NCBI GenBank assembly: GCA_047285305.1
Contig: JBJBDL010000003.1
Span: 1,536,001-1,600,000 of the forward strand
Source of the DNA: Synechococcus sp.
GTDB lineage: Bacteria; Cyanobacteriota; Cyanobacteriia; PCC-6307; Cyanobiaceae
Length of the DNA stretch: 64,000 bases
Direction: 5' to 3'
Shown piece after piece: positions 29,444 through 37,851 of the stretch. Position numbers and translations under genes: made by a program. Every line of letters starts with the position of its first letter. Within the stretch, counting starts at the first letter, position 1. The notes under the pieces were generated by a model. It did not search any database. It worked only from the letters and a program-made list of their open reading frames with translations, and had not been told where the DNA came from.

Positions 29444-29935
29444 ATGCGGGCGCTTTACCCCGGCAGTTTCGACCCTCTCACCAATGGTCATATGGACTTG
29501 ATCGAGCGGGCTGTGAGCCTGTTTGGTGAGGTGGTCGTTGCGGTACTCAGCAATCCGAGCAAACGGCCTGCGTTCAGCGTCGAGGAAAGGATCGAACAGA
29601 TCCGCACGGCGACGCGCCATCTCTCCGGCGTTGAGGTGATCAGTTTCGATGGCCTCACGGTGAACTGTGCCGTCACCCATCGCGCCGACCTGATCCTCAG
29701 GGGGCTGCGAGCAATGAGTGACTTCGAATACGAACTACAGATCGCCCACACCAACCGCTCCTTGGCAGACGATCTAGAAACGGTGTTCATGGCCACCACG
29801 GCACGCCACAGCTTTCTAAGTAGCTCCGTGGTGAAGGAAGTGGCCCGCTTCGGCGGGTCAATCGAGCACATGGTTCCGCCAGAGGTGGCCAAGGACCTCA
29901 ACAGGCTCTTTAATTCAGCTTTCCCCGCCAGCTGA
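29444..29935 (+). CDS. coaD: Phosphopantetheine adenylyltransferase
   Basis: [24 protein letters not shown] and SSSVVKEVA. Confidence 0.97.
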   Translation: MRALYPGSFDPLTNGHMDLIERAVSLFGEVVVAVLSNPSKRPAFSVEERIEQIRTATRHLSGVEVISFDGLTVNCAVTHRADLILRGLRAMSDFEYELQIAHTNRSLADDLETVFMATTARHSFLSSSVVKEVARFGGSIEHMVPPEVAKDLNRLFNSAFPAS

Positions 29936-29936
29936 G

Positions 29937-30956
29937 ATGAACGACGTCCGGTTCTCCGTTCTCGATCAACTCGATCAGCTGGAGGAAGTTGTTCTGGAGG
30001 GCAGTCGGCTGCCCTTCACCGGCGGACGTCTGGTCAACGAATCCGATGCCGTTGAGCTGCTGGATGCCGTCCGTGATGAATTGCCGAAGGAGCTGGAGCA
30101 GGCCGCCAAACTGCTGGATCGCCGGGAAGAGTTCATCAACACCGCCCGCAGGAACGCCGAGGAGATCGTTGAGCAGGCCCAGCGTCAGCGCGAACAGCTC
30201 GTCAACAACGCCGCTATCCGCCAGGAAGCGGAACGGCAGGTGAATGAGATGCGTGAGCAGGCCCGCCAGCAGTGTGAGCAGTTGCTCCAGAAAACGCGCG
30301 AGCAGGGGGCGAAGCTGGAGCAGGAGATGCAAAGCAAGCTGGCCCAGTTGGAACAGCAGTTCGCATCACGCCGCCAGCAGCTGGAGCAGGAAGGACTGGA
30401 GCGTCGCCAGCAGCTGGAGCAGGAAGCGATTGAGCTGAAGCGTCAACACGCTGAGCGACTCGACGCCAGCCGCCAACAGGCCCAGCAGCAAATCCAACAG
30501 ATTGAGGCCAACGCAGCAGAACTCAAGCGCCATCACGCTGAGCAGCACGAAGCCAACAGACACCAGGCGATGCAGGATCTGGAAACGATTCGCCGTGAAG
30601 CCCTGCGCCTGCAGAAGGAAGGCCGCGATGAGGCTGAGCGGATTCACAACGACGCGCTGCAGTTCCGGCAGCAGACCCAACAGCAGTCCGAGTCGCTAAT
30701 CCAACGCAGCCGCCAGGAAGCAGCCGGCGTTCAGGACGGCGCCAATCGCTACGCCGAGCAGACACTGGGTGAGCTGGAAGTACGCCTCAAGGAAATGGCC
30801 CAGGTGGTGATGGCGGGCCGTCAGGAGCTGTCCAAGATTCAGACCATCCGTTCAGCGGCCCCTGGCGCCAACGCTGGTGACGACACCAAAACCGTTCCGT
30901 TCAGTCGGGCCCAGCGGGCTGCGTCACGGCTGCGGTCCATGCGGGGCAACGGCTGA
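29937..30956 (+). CDS. DivIVA-like coiled-coil cell division protein (Cdv3-like)
   Basis: LDQLEEVVLEGSRLPFTGGRLVNE followed by a long coiled coil and QDGANRYAEQTL; directly after coaD. Confidence 0.75.
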   Translation: MNDVRFSVLDQLDQLEEVVLEGSRLPFTGGRLVNESDAVELLDAVRDELPKELEQAAKLLDRREEFINTARRNAEEIVEQAQRQREQLVNNAAIRQEAERQVNEMREQARQQCEQLLQKTREQGAKLEQEMQSKLAQLEQQFASRRQQLEQEGLERRQQLEQEAIELKRQHAERLDASRQQAQQQIQQIEANAAELKRHHAEQHEANRHQAMQDLETIRREALRLQKEGRDEAERIHNDALQFRQQTQQQSESLIQRSRQEAAGVQDGANRYAEQTLGELEVRLKEMAQVVMAGRQELSKIQTIRSAAPGANAGDDTKTVPFSRAQRAASRLRSMRGNG

Positions 30957-32208
30957 TCCTCTGGCTTGCCAGCAGGATCTGGCCCATAACCGAGTCGGGT
31001 GCATAGGACCCGTTGGCAATCATGCTCACGTAACGCGGTCCATCGGTTGTTTCAAGAATGCCGGAGATCGATCGAACTCCGCGGAGGGTGCCGGTCTTTC
31101 CCCAGAAGCGACCCTCAAGTGGGGTCCCCCAGAAATAGTTGCGCAGCGTTCCTCTCTGGCCTGCAATTGCCATCGAGGCCTGGTAGTAGGCCGCCAGGGG
31201 GTGTTGCGCCATGCGCCACAGCAGCACGGACAGGGAACGGCTGGTGAGACGGTTTCCCCGTGAGAGTCCGCTGCCATCCCGCAGCCGTAGTCCCGTCATC
31301 GGGACCCCTTGGGCTTGCAACCAGCGGGTGGTGGCGATGGACGCACGGTTCACATCCCAGACGTCCGCCGCCTCACGCATCAGCACCTCAGCGGTGAAGT
31401 TATGGCTCTCAGTGTTGGCCAGGCTAAGCAGGGCGTGCATCGGCGCGGAATCTTGGCTTTGCAGAACAACACTCGCCCGCCTGTTCCGCGCAAGGGCCGT
31501 CTCTCGGGTCTGCTGATCAACCATCTGCAGACGAATCTGTCCACCCTGCTGCTGCACGGTGTAGTTGAGAATCCGCTGCAGCCGTGCAGCTGGATCCATC
31601 ACCGCCATGTGCAGGGCGTTGCTGGTGAGGGCAAGGCGCGTGATCGGTGCGCCGTAGGCGTAGGAGCGATCCGCAGGGTCCCAATCGGCAGGCCACCAGT
31701 GCTGACGCGGTTCCTCCCGCATCAATAGCTGAACCGGCGCAGAGGCGGAGCTGGCGGTGCTGCTGGAGCCGCCCTGGCCAAGGGCCACCATGGCGAACTT
31801 CTGGATCTCGGAAATGCTGAGGTCGGGATCGCCTTCCCCCACGATCTCCAGCGATCCATCGGGATGACGCAAAAGCTGCGTCTTCAGACGGAAGTCAGGG
31901 CCGAGGCGATCCAGAGCAAAGGCCGTGCTGACCAGTTTCTGATTCGATGCAGGAATCCGGGGTATCCCCCCGTTGAGATCAGCCACCAGCTGACCCCGTT
32001 GATCGACAACGCTGACGCTCCATAGCCGCTCTTCCGTGCCCACCGCTGATTCCAGGGCCGTCTGCAGGGCCGGGCAAAGTGCAGCGCCGCTGAGCATGAC
32101 CTGGCCCTGACGTTGCACCACTGGAGGTGGTGCCAACAATGGAAGTGCTGCCCTGACGGGCAACTGGGGCGCCAGCACCAGCAAGGAGACCAGTGCAGAG
32201 CGAATCAC
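30901..32208 (-). CDS. dacB: D-alanyl-D-alanine carboxypeptidase/endopeptidase (PBP4)
   Basis: PASNQK (SxxK), SHNFTAE (SxN), DGSGLSRGN and GKTGTL. Confidence 0.92.
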   Translation of the reverse strand: MIRSALVSLLVLAPQLPVRAALPLLAPPPVVQRQGQVMLSGAALCPALQTALESAVGTEERLWSVSVVDQRGQLVADLNGGIPRIPASNQKLVSTAFALDRLGPDFRLKTQLLRHPDGSLEIVGEGDPDLSISEIQKFAMVALGQGGSSSTASSASAPVQLLMREEPRQHWWPADWDPADRSYAYGAPITRLALTSNALHMAVMDPAARLQRILNYTVQQQGGQIRLQMVDQQTRETALARNRRASVVLQSQDSAPMHALLSLANTESHNFTAEVLMREAADVWDVNRASIATTRWLQAQGVPMTGLRLRDGSGLSRGNRLTSRSLSVLLWRMAQHPLAAYYQASMAIAGQRGTLRNYFWGTPLEGRFWGKTGTLRGVRSISGILETTDGPRYVSMIANGSYAPDSVMGQILLASQRISRCPAWTAAVTQPAGPD

Positions 32209-32711
32209 AGAGGCATCACTCCGCTCACAACACCGTTCAAGCGGTAGAGGCGACCCTCCAGTTCAACGGGCACACCCACCTTCAGCTTGGTGCCACCGAT
32301 CACAACACCGGAGGGTTTGATCTCGGCCTGGGCCTTCATCACAAACCGGGCATGGCGGGGTAGAGCCGTGGCGGGGGCATCGGCAAACACCACCGAACCA
32401 TCGGGCTGCACCTCCGTCAGGGGATTGGTGACGTCATCCACCGACACCAGGCTCACTCGACCAGCCGGTTGATTGCGGATCACGATGTTGAGGTCAGCTT
32501 CCTCCCGCACTGAAGTCAGCAGCTGATCGGGATCAGCGCTGTACAGCTGAACCACATCAACGCTCACCTGCACAGGCTTCACGGCACCGGTGGCCTTGGC
32601 GACCGCATTAGAGAGCTTGGGGGACCAGACCACTCCAGCCAGAGCAGCCAGGGCGACTACTCCAGCCACAGCATCGATGGGTGAAAGGGTTCGAAGCCTG
32701 TTGAGCACCAT
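32205..32711 (-). CDS. DUF4330 family protein
   Basis: N-terminal membrane anchor; IRNQPAG and GVVIGGTKLKVGVPVELEG. Confidence 0.75.
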   Translation of the reverse strand: MVLNRLRTLSPIDAVAGVVALAALAGVVWSPKLSNAVAKATGAVKPVQVSVDVVQLYSADPDQLLTSVREEADLNIVIRNQPAGRVSLVSVDDVTNPLTEVQPDGSVVFADAPATALPRHARFVMKAQAEIKPSGVVIGGTKLKVGVPVELEGRLYRLNGVVSGVMPL

Positions 32712-32773
32712 CGAAGGGGAGCCTGGGCTTGAACCTTAAGGAGGGTCTGAGCCTGGATCAAGCCAGAGGCGGC

Positions 32774-33490
32774 TCAATTACGCAGACCATCAAGGAAGCG
32801 GTCGACCCCGGACAGCTGTTGCTTGATGCTGTCGGGATCTTCACCAGCCAGAAGCGCTGCTGTGGTGTCGGGATCCGGACGTTCGGGAAGCACCTCCAGT
32901 TGCCGGTAACCATCGGGATCCTGGCGATAGAGACGCCAGTCATCGGGGAAGCAGCGCATCAATGCTCCTCCCTCCAGGGGCTGGAGCCAGTAGGCCTGCT
33001 GCCAGCTGGCCACGAAACCCTTTCGGCGCTCCCGGGCCACGCTGCCGATGCCGACGGCGGCGTCTTCGAGACGTCCATTCAGCATCAGAACCACTCCTGC
33101 GTGGTTCTCACACAAGGCCTGGAACTCCTCGTAATCCGCAGGGGAGGGGTTCACCGCAAGCAGAAGGCGGGTGTCGGGAACATCGCTCTCCGCCCGTTTG
33201 AGCTGATTGAAATCAAGGATCACCTCCTTGAGGTCCTCCGCATCGCGCCGGGCCAGGGCGGCAGCACCGGCATCGGGCCAAACCATCAACAGGTCCTGAC
33301 CGGCAGCGATCAGTGCTCGAGCCAGCCGCACCGCCACCGGAAGCAGGCGAAGACCTTCAAAACGGAGGCTTGCGGCCCAGCGTTGACCGTCGCCGGATCC
33401 AACGGCCGCCAGGGCGGCCTGCAGCATGGCCTCCTCGGCGGCGAGCAGATCCGCGGGGAGGGCGAGACAGGAAGCGTCGGATTGAGTCAT
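32774..33490 (-). CDS. DUF1995 family protein
   Basis: WPDAGAAALARRD, LNGRLEDAAVGIG and GALMRCFPDDW. Confidence 0.85.
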   Translation of the reverse strand: MTQSDASCLALPADLLAAEEAMLQAALAAVGSGDGQRWAASLRFEGLRLLPVAVRLARALIAAGQDLLMVWPDAGAAALARRDAEDLKEVILDFNQLKRAESDVPDTRLLLAVNPSPADYEEFQALCENHAGVVLMLNGRLEDAAVGIGSVARERRKGFVASWQQAYWLQPLEGGALMRCFPDDWRLYRQDPDGYRQLEVLPERPDPDTTAALLAGEDPDSIKQQLSGVDRFLDGLRN

Positions 33491-33502
33491 CGCCAAAGCA
33501 TG

Positions 33503-34675
33503 TCAGGAAAATGCCTCGAGCACGGATGCAAAACGGCCGGGAACGGCGTCGAGATCCTGATCCGACAACCAGGGGCCAAGGGTCAACCGCAGGCCCGACT
33601 GACGTTCAGGCCCGGGAATCCCCATGGCCGTGAGCACAGCACTGTCGGCACTGCTGCCACTGCTGCAGGCACTGCCACTGCTGCAGGCCACCCCCGCCGC
33701 CGCCAGCCGTCGCACCAGATCGCGTCCGGGCAGCGGCTGTCCACCAACGGTTTTGGCCAACAGCGCGATGTGATGGGGCAGACGCTGATCAGGAGAAGGG
33801 CCGCAGAGCTGAAGCTGGGGTAGCTCCAGCAGGCGTTCGAGCAGTTGATCCCGTTGACGACGGATCTGGGTTGAACTGCCCGGTGGAACGTTCTGGCTGA
33901 TGGGGTCAAAGCTGGGGAGGGCCATCAGGGCTTCGGCCATGCCGCCCACCAACGCAACAGGTTCGGTACCGGAGCGCAGGCCGTGCTCCTGTCCACCGCC
34001 GCCCTGGAGCGGTGAAAGGTTCACACCCGGGGCCCGAATCAACAGGCCCACGCCCCGGGGGCCACGGAACTTGTGGGCGGAGAGGGTCAGCAGATCAACG
34101 CCGAGCCGCTCGAAGGCGAAGCAACCCTGGGGAACAAGCTGGGTGGCATCGCTATGGATGACGATGCCTCGCTCGCGGCAGGCCCGAGCGATCGTGCTGA
34201 TCGGTTGCAGTGCACCCACCTCGCCCTGGGCTGTAATCAGTGAAACCAATCGGGTTGGAGCGGACAACAACCGATCGAGCTGATCGAGCCGCAGAACGCC
34301 CTGCCCATCAACGGGCCATTCGGCAATGCTCCAGCCCAGGGCTTCCAGTTGGTGCGCCGCAGCGACCGCCGCCGGATGCTCCACCGCAGAGATCACCAAC
34401 CGGCCCGGGACAAGACCGGCAGCACTGCCGAGCAAGGCAAGGTGCACGGATTCCGTCGCCCCTGAAGTGACGATCAACTGGTCAGGATTGACAGCAAAGC
34501 GCTCTGCGATGCTCCAGCGCGCTCGCTCCAGAGCTTCCGCTGCTGCCAACCCAGCCCCATGGTGGCTGCTGGGGTTGGCCCAGGCCGTCTGCTGGAGCTG
34601 CTGCATAACCGCGATCACCGCCGGCAGAGGCGGTGTCGTGGCAGCAGCATCCAGGTAGAGCTCAGGGGGTTCCAC
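33503..34675 (-). CDS. iscS: Cysteine desulfurase (IscS/NifS family)
   Basis: YLDAAATTP, WANPSS, TSGATES, SAHKFRGPRG, RSGTE and catalytic SSGSACSS. Confidence 0.88.
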   Translation of the reverse strand: MEPPELYLDAAATTPPLPAVIAVMQQLQQTAWANPSSHHGAGLAAAEALERARWSIAERFAVNPDQLIVTSGATESVHLALLGSAAGLVPGRLVISAVEHPAAVAAAHQLEALGWSIAEWPVDGQGVLRLDQLDRLLSAPTRLVSLITAQGEVGALQPISTIARACRERGIVIHSDATQLVPQGCFAFERLGVDLLTLSAHKFRGPRGVGLLIRAPGVNLSPLQGGGGQEHGLRSGTEPVALVGGMAEALMALPSFDPISQNVPPGSSTQIRRQRDQLLERLLELPQLQLCGPSPDQRLPHHIALLAKTVGGQPLPGRDLVRRLAAAGVACSSGSACSSGSSADSAVLTAMGIPGPERQSGLRLTLGPWLSDQDLDAVPGRFASVLEAFS

Positions 34676-35768
34676 GCTCGAACCGCGCCTTGGTGCGCTG
34701 CTCTAGGGACTCACTGGCGAGATTGAGCATCGAGTCGAGGGACGTGCTGCTGAGGAAAGCCTGCACCTTCTGCTGCGCCTCATCGCGGAGGCAGCGGTCG
34801 GGGCGCTGACACTGCTCAGCGCAATCCTTGGAGCAATCGAAGTCGGTTGCGGCCGTCGGCGCAGGTGGAGCGGCAGGGGCTTCGCTGGTCGAAGCCATCG
34901 AGGATCCTGCCGGCACCAGATCGGGCGTCAGCACCCCGTCAAACACCGCTTCGGCGGGGCCCGTCATCAGCACGGAACCGGTGCGATCACGCCACTCAAT
35001 CATCAGCGGACCGCCGGGCAGCACCACCTCGGCGCAGTCATCGGCGAGGCCCAGCAGCACCGCCGCCACCAGGGTGGCGCAGGCACCGGTGCCGCAGGCC
35101 AATGTCGGGCCAGCACCCCGTTCCCAGACCCGGATCTCCAGCCGCTCACGGCTGTGCACCTGGAGGAAATGAACGTTGGTCTTGGCCGGGAAGGCCGGAT
35201 GGACCTCCAGGGCAGCACCCCAGGCATCAAAGGGAATGCTGGCCAGGTCGTCGACGGGCACCACCACATGGGGATTGCCCATGCCAACAGCCGCCACCTT
35301 CAGCTGTTCTCCCTCCAGCAGCAGCACCCCCTGCGGCAGGCCGTCTTCGGGCATCAGAGTTGTGGGGATGCCCTCGGAGGTGAGGAAAGGGGGGCCCATG
35401 TCCACCCGCAACTGGCCATCGGCCATCAGTTCGGGGCGAATCATTCCCGCCAGGGTTTCGATGTCCCAGCGGCGGCCAGGGGCATCACCGTCGGTGTCGG
35501 CCAGGTAGCGGGCCAGGCAGCGAATGCCGTTGCCACACATTTCGGCCTCACTGCCATCGGCATTGAGAATCCGCATCCGCAGTTCTCCCTCCGCCTGAGG
35601 AGGCAGCGCCAGAATCAGGCCATCGCCACCAACGCCGAAGCGCCGATCACAGATGCGCCGCACCCAGGCGGGATCGGGATTACTGATGGCATCGGGCAGT
35701 TGTCCCTGCCGGCCTTCAACGATCAGGAAGTCGTTGCCAAGTCCCTGATATTTGCTGAACTGAAGCAT
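34662..35768 (-). CDS. dapF: Diaminopimelate epimerase with a Cys-rich C-terminal extension
   Basis: FSKYQGLGNDF, NADGSEAEMCGNGIRC, MGNPH and WERGAGPTLACGTGAC. Confidence 0.96.
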   Translation of the reverse strand: MLQFSKYQGLGNDFLIVEGRQGQLPDAISNPDPAWVRRICDRRFGVGGDGLILALPPQAEGELRMRILNADGSEAEMCGNGIRCLARYLADTDGDAPGRRWDIETLAGMIRPELMADGQLRVDMGPPFLTSEGIPTTLMPEDGLPQGVLLLEGEQLKVAAVGMGNPHVVVPVDDLASIPFDAWGAALEVHPAFPAKTNVHFLQVHSRERLEIRVWERGAGPTLACGTGACATLVAAVLLGLADDCAEVVLPGGPLMIEWRDRTGSVLMTGPAEAVFDGVLTPDLVPAGSSMASTSEAPAAPPAPTAATDFDCSKDCAEQCQRPDRCLRDEAQQKVQAFLSSTSLDSMLNLASESLEQRTKARFERGTP

Positions 35769-35770
35769 TT

Positions 35771-35962
35771 GTTGATATAGCTGGGATTTGGGCGGTTTTG
35801 AGCGGTTGGTATCTGGTTGGTATCAGGCGCATTTGGCCTTCAACAGATCGCATGAATCGGGTTCACGCATACCGGCTGTCGACTCGACCGCGCCGCTCAA
35901 TCCGGTGGTGCATCCAGTTTAAAAAACCTTTGATACCAACCCTTCTGACCTTCTATACCAAC
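35771..35962. repeat. Inverted clusters of GTTGGTAT boxes (possible recombinase-binding ends of a collapsed element)
   Basis: gttgatatag at 35771; ggttggtatc at 35804 and 35815; inverted tgataccaacc at 35931 and ctataccaac at 35953. Confidence 0.6.
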
Positions 35963-36066
35963 TGAACGCAAAGAACGCAGCCAGGCACTGGTTCTGCAGC
36001 AGTTTCAGCAGGAGTGCTGCACGCAGTCTGTAGAACACCCAAGGTGATCGACGTCTGGTCGATAAA

Positions 36067-36198
36067 TCAGCTGTCGTCGTCGCTCTTGTCTTCCGGCAGC
36101 TCGGTGGATGCAGGGGTCTTCGCCTTACTGCTGAAGATCACCTTTGCAATAACAAAGGCGATCGCAACGGCGCCCAGCAGAAAGCCAAGAAGCTCCAT
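36067..36198 (-). CDS. 43-aa single-TM small protein (below the ORF-track cutoff)
   Basis: MELLGFLLGAVAIAFVIAKVIFSSKAKTPASTELPEDKSDDDS; starts 6 nt after the stop of the upstream ORF. Confidence 0.55.
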   Translation of the reverse strand: MELLGFLLGAVAIAFVIAKVIFSSKAKTPASTELPEDKSDDDS

Positions 36199-36204
36199 TA
36201 CTGA

Positions 36205-36405
36205 TCAGGCTTCGATTTCAGCCTTCTCTTCAGCTTTCTGAGGAACCTCTGTGGAGGTTTGCTCAGCTGTCTCGGCGTTGTGGTGACAGGCGTTGGCGCC
36301 GCCAACGAAAACCAGCACAGCCATGACCGCGGCGATCACCACAGCGGCACGGACGCGCAGGACGCCGTACGAGGCACTGATCTCAACCGTGTTCAGGTGT
36401 TTCAT
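36205..36405 (-). CDS. Small exported or membrane hypothetical protein
   Basis: Hydrophobic VRAAVVIAAVMAVLVFVGGANA|CHHN followed by an acidic tail; start uncertain. Confidence 0.55.
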   Translation of the reverse strand: MKHLNTVEISASYGVLRVRAAVVIAAVMAVLVFVGGANACHHNAETAEQTSTEVPQKAEEKAEIEA

Positions 36406-36934
36406 GCCGGTGAAGCTAACGGCGTTTTGAACCAATAAGCGGGTCATTTGATACAGGTCAGCTCAGACCCTTGAAACGCCCACCGTGATCGTCGAATGAG
36501 AGATATCTCTGAGAAGCCAAGAGACGTCTCGTCAGTAGTAGGCGATACCACTGAACAGACGTTCATGGAAGATTTTCCGGAAACTAAAACCTGTCCAAAA
36601 AGTCGCTGCAAACCGTGTCACTTGCCTCCATATTTGGCGTCCAGGCAGCAGACACGTATCACGTGGCACTGTCTAGGCAGCACCGGGAGAGCGACCTGGT
36701 GGCTGGCAGAAATAGCTCCCTTGGCATGAGCGATTGCCAGGGGGAGCTTTCTGCGCTCTTCAAATCTCTGAAAAGAGTTAGTGCATTTGCTACAAGCGCC
36801 TGTATAGCGGCGAACTTGTTCATGCGGATACCGCATCGCTCGGGGAGAACAGCGTTCTCCTCGCGGTTCCGTCGCCCCACATCTTTGATTCGGCAAAGGC
36901 TGTTGGAAGTCAGCCTCGCCGATAGAAGGGGCTG

Positions 36935-37198
36935 TTAGGCCGCCACTGGTTCGTGGATTTTGGGGACGATATGGGTCACAAGGTCGGCATTGATCCAACG
37001 GATCACACCGGTGTCCACGTTTGCCACTTGGAAGAGGGTCGGGACCTTGGTGTTCCTTGCCCCACCTTCAACAAACACGACATCGCCCATCCACCAGTCA
37101 CCGTTCTCTTCAACGATCACGGTCATCCCTGCTTTCACGTGCAGGAACAGTGGGTCGCGGTCAGGCCGTGATGTGACGACCGAATGATCAACCGACAT
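36935..37198 (-). CDS. DUF3104 family protein
   Basis: PLFLHVKAGMTVIV..DWWMGDVVFVEGGAR..PTLFQVANVDTGVIRWINADLVTHI. Confidence 0.85.
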   Translation of the reverse strand: MSVDHSVVTSRPDRDPLFLHVKAGMTVIVEENGDWWMGDVVFVEGGARNTKVPTLFQVANVDTGVIRWINADLVTHIVPKIHEPVAA

Positions 37199-37420
37199 TC
37201 CACTTCTCTCGTCGCGCCTCACCAGGTAAGCAGTAGTACAAGTGAACTGCAATGAGTAAAACCGACGATTGCGGTTCGGTTGACCCTCGCTAGAGCGAGC
37301 AGCGTTACCTGTCGCAACCCGCTTCGTTAAGCCACCCAAGGATATGTAACAAGCTGAACGCTTTGTCTCGGTTGAGCCAAACGGGACTCGATTTGCTGCC
37401 TATTCCTAAAGGGAGCAGGG

Positions 37421-37603
37421 ATGCAGAGCATGAAAGCGACAAAACTCACCGCCGCCCCACAGGGCTTTGAGTACTACAGGGTTTGCGACCAGGAAGGCGT
37501 CTGCCGCGTAGTCAGAGGCATGTGGGCAGCCAAGGAACTCATAGAGGACAGGCCTGACCTGACCGCCACTAGGACAAAGCTCTACCCAGCGGATTGGAGT
37601 TAA
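37421..37603 (+). CDS. Small hypothetical protein
   Basis: 60 aa, YYRVCDQEGVCRVVRGMWAA; purine-rich gggag upstream. Confidence 0.55.
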   Translation: MQSMKATKLTAAPQGFEYYRVCDQEGVCRVVRGMWAAKELIEDRPDLTATRTKLYPADWS

Positions 37604-37621
37604 AGCACTGAATCCGAAAAC

Positions 37622-37805
37622 ATGGGAGAGCAGCTCTGGGATTCGTGAACAGCTCCCCCTCAGCATTGCTGTGGTGGGACAGGAGCCCATCGAGGGGCGT
37701 CTGATCTGGCAGGACCCTGAGTTTCTGGCCATCGAACGGGTGGGTGCGAGCCGGCCCGTGCTGATCAACCGTCGGCAGATCAGCGTGATCCGCTCCCTCG
37801 GCTGA
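37622..37805 (+). pseudogene. hfq: Cyanobacterial Hfq, 5'-truncated
   Basis: 37641-37805 encodes [54 protein letters not shown], with the Sm-fold G-x-L-x-WQD motif. There is no in-frame ATG/GTG/TTG back to the stop at 37560. It occupies the usual dapF-hfq-leuS position. Confidence 0.75.
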
Positions 37806-37851
37806 ACACCAGGCATGTGGCACGATCGCAACCTTGCCGAGCGCTGGTTCC

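Noticed and set aside
30901..30956. Convergent 3' gene overlaps (also pheT/rlmD, SDR/DUF2237, cobN/hypothetical, purN/argC and mtnP/murQ)
   Set aside because: Ordinary for compact picocyanobacterial genomes.
36491..36539. gtcgaatgagagat followed 35 bp later by gtctc, a possible fourth copy of the 49-bp unit
   Set aside because: The spacer lacks RGWCCT..ACG in register and the second palindrome is incomplete; kept only as a candidate for a PWM scan.
36496..36998. Overlapping 73-126 aa ORFs in the islet
   Set aside because: Mutually overlapping, atypical composition and no motifs; a real gene cannot be picked.
37226..37239. GTA-N8-TAC NtcA-like site upstream of the DUF3104 gene
   Set aside because: No TAN3T -10 element at the expected spacing on either strand; a 6-bp match is expected by chance.
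37365..37378. Lone gtctc-N4-gagcc palindrome
   Set aside because: No partner at 35 bp and no spacer motif, so it is not counted as a repeat copy.
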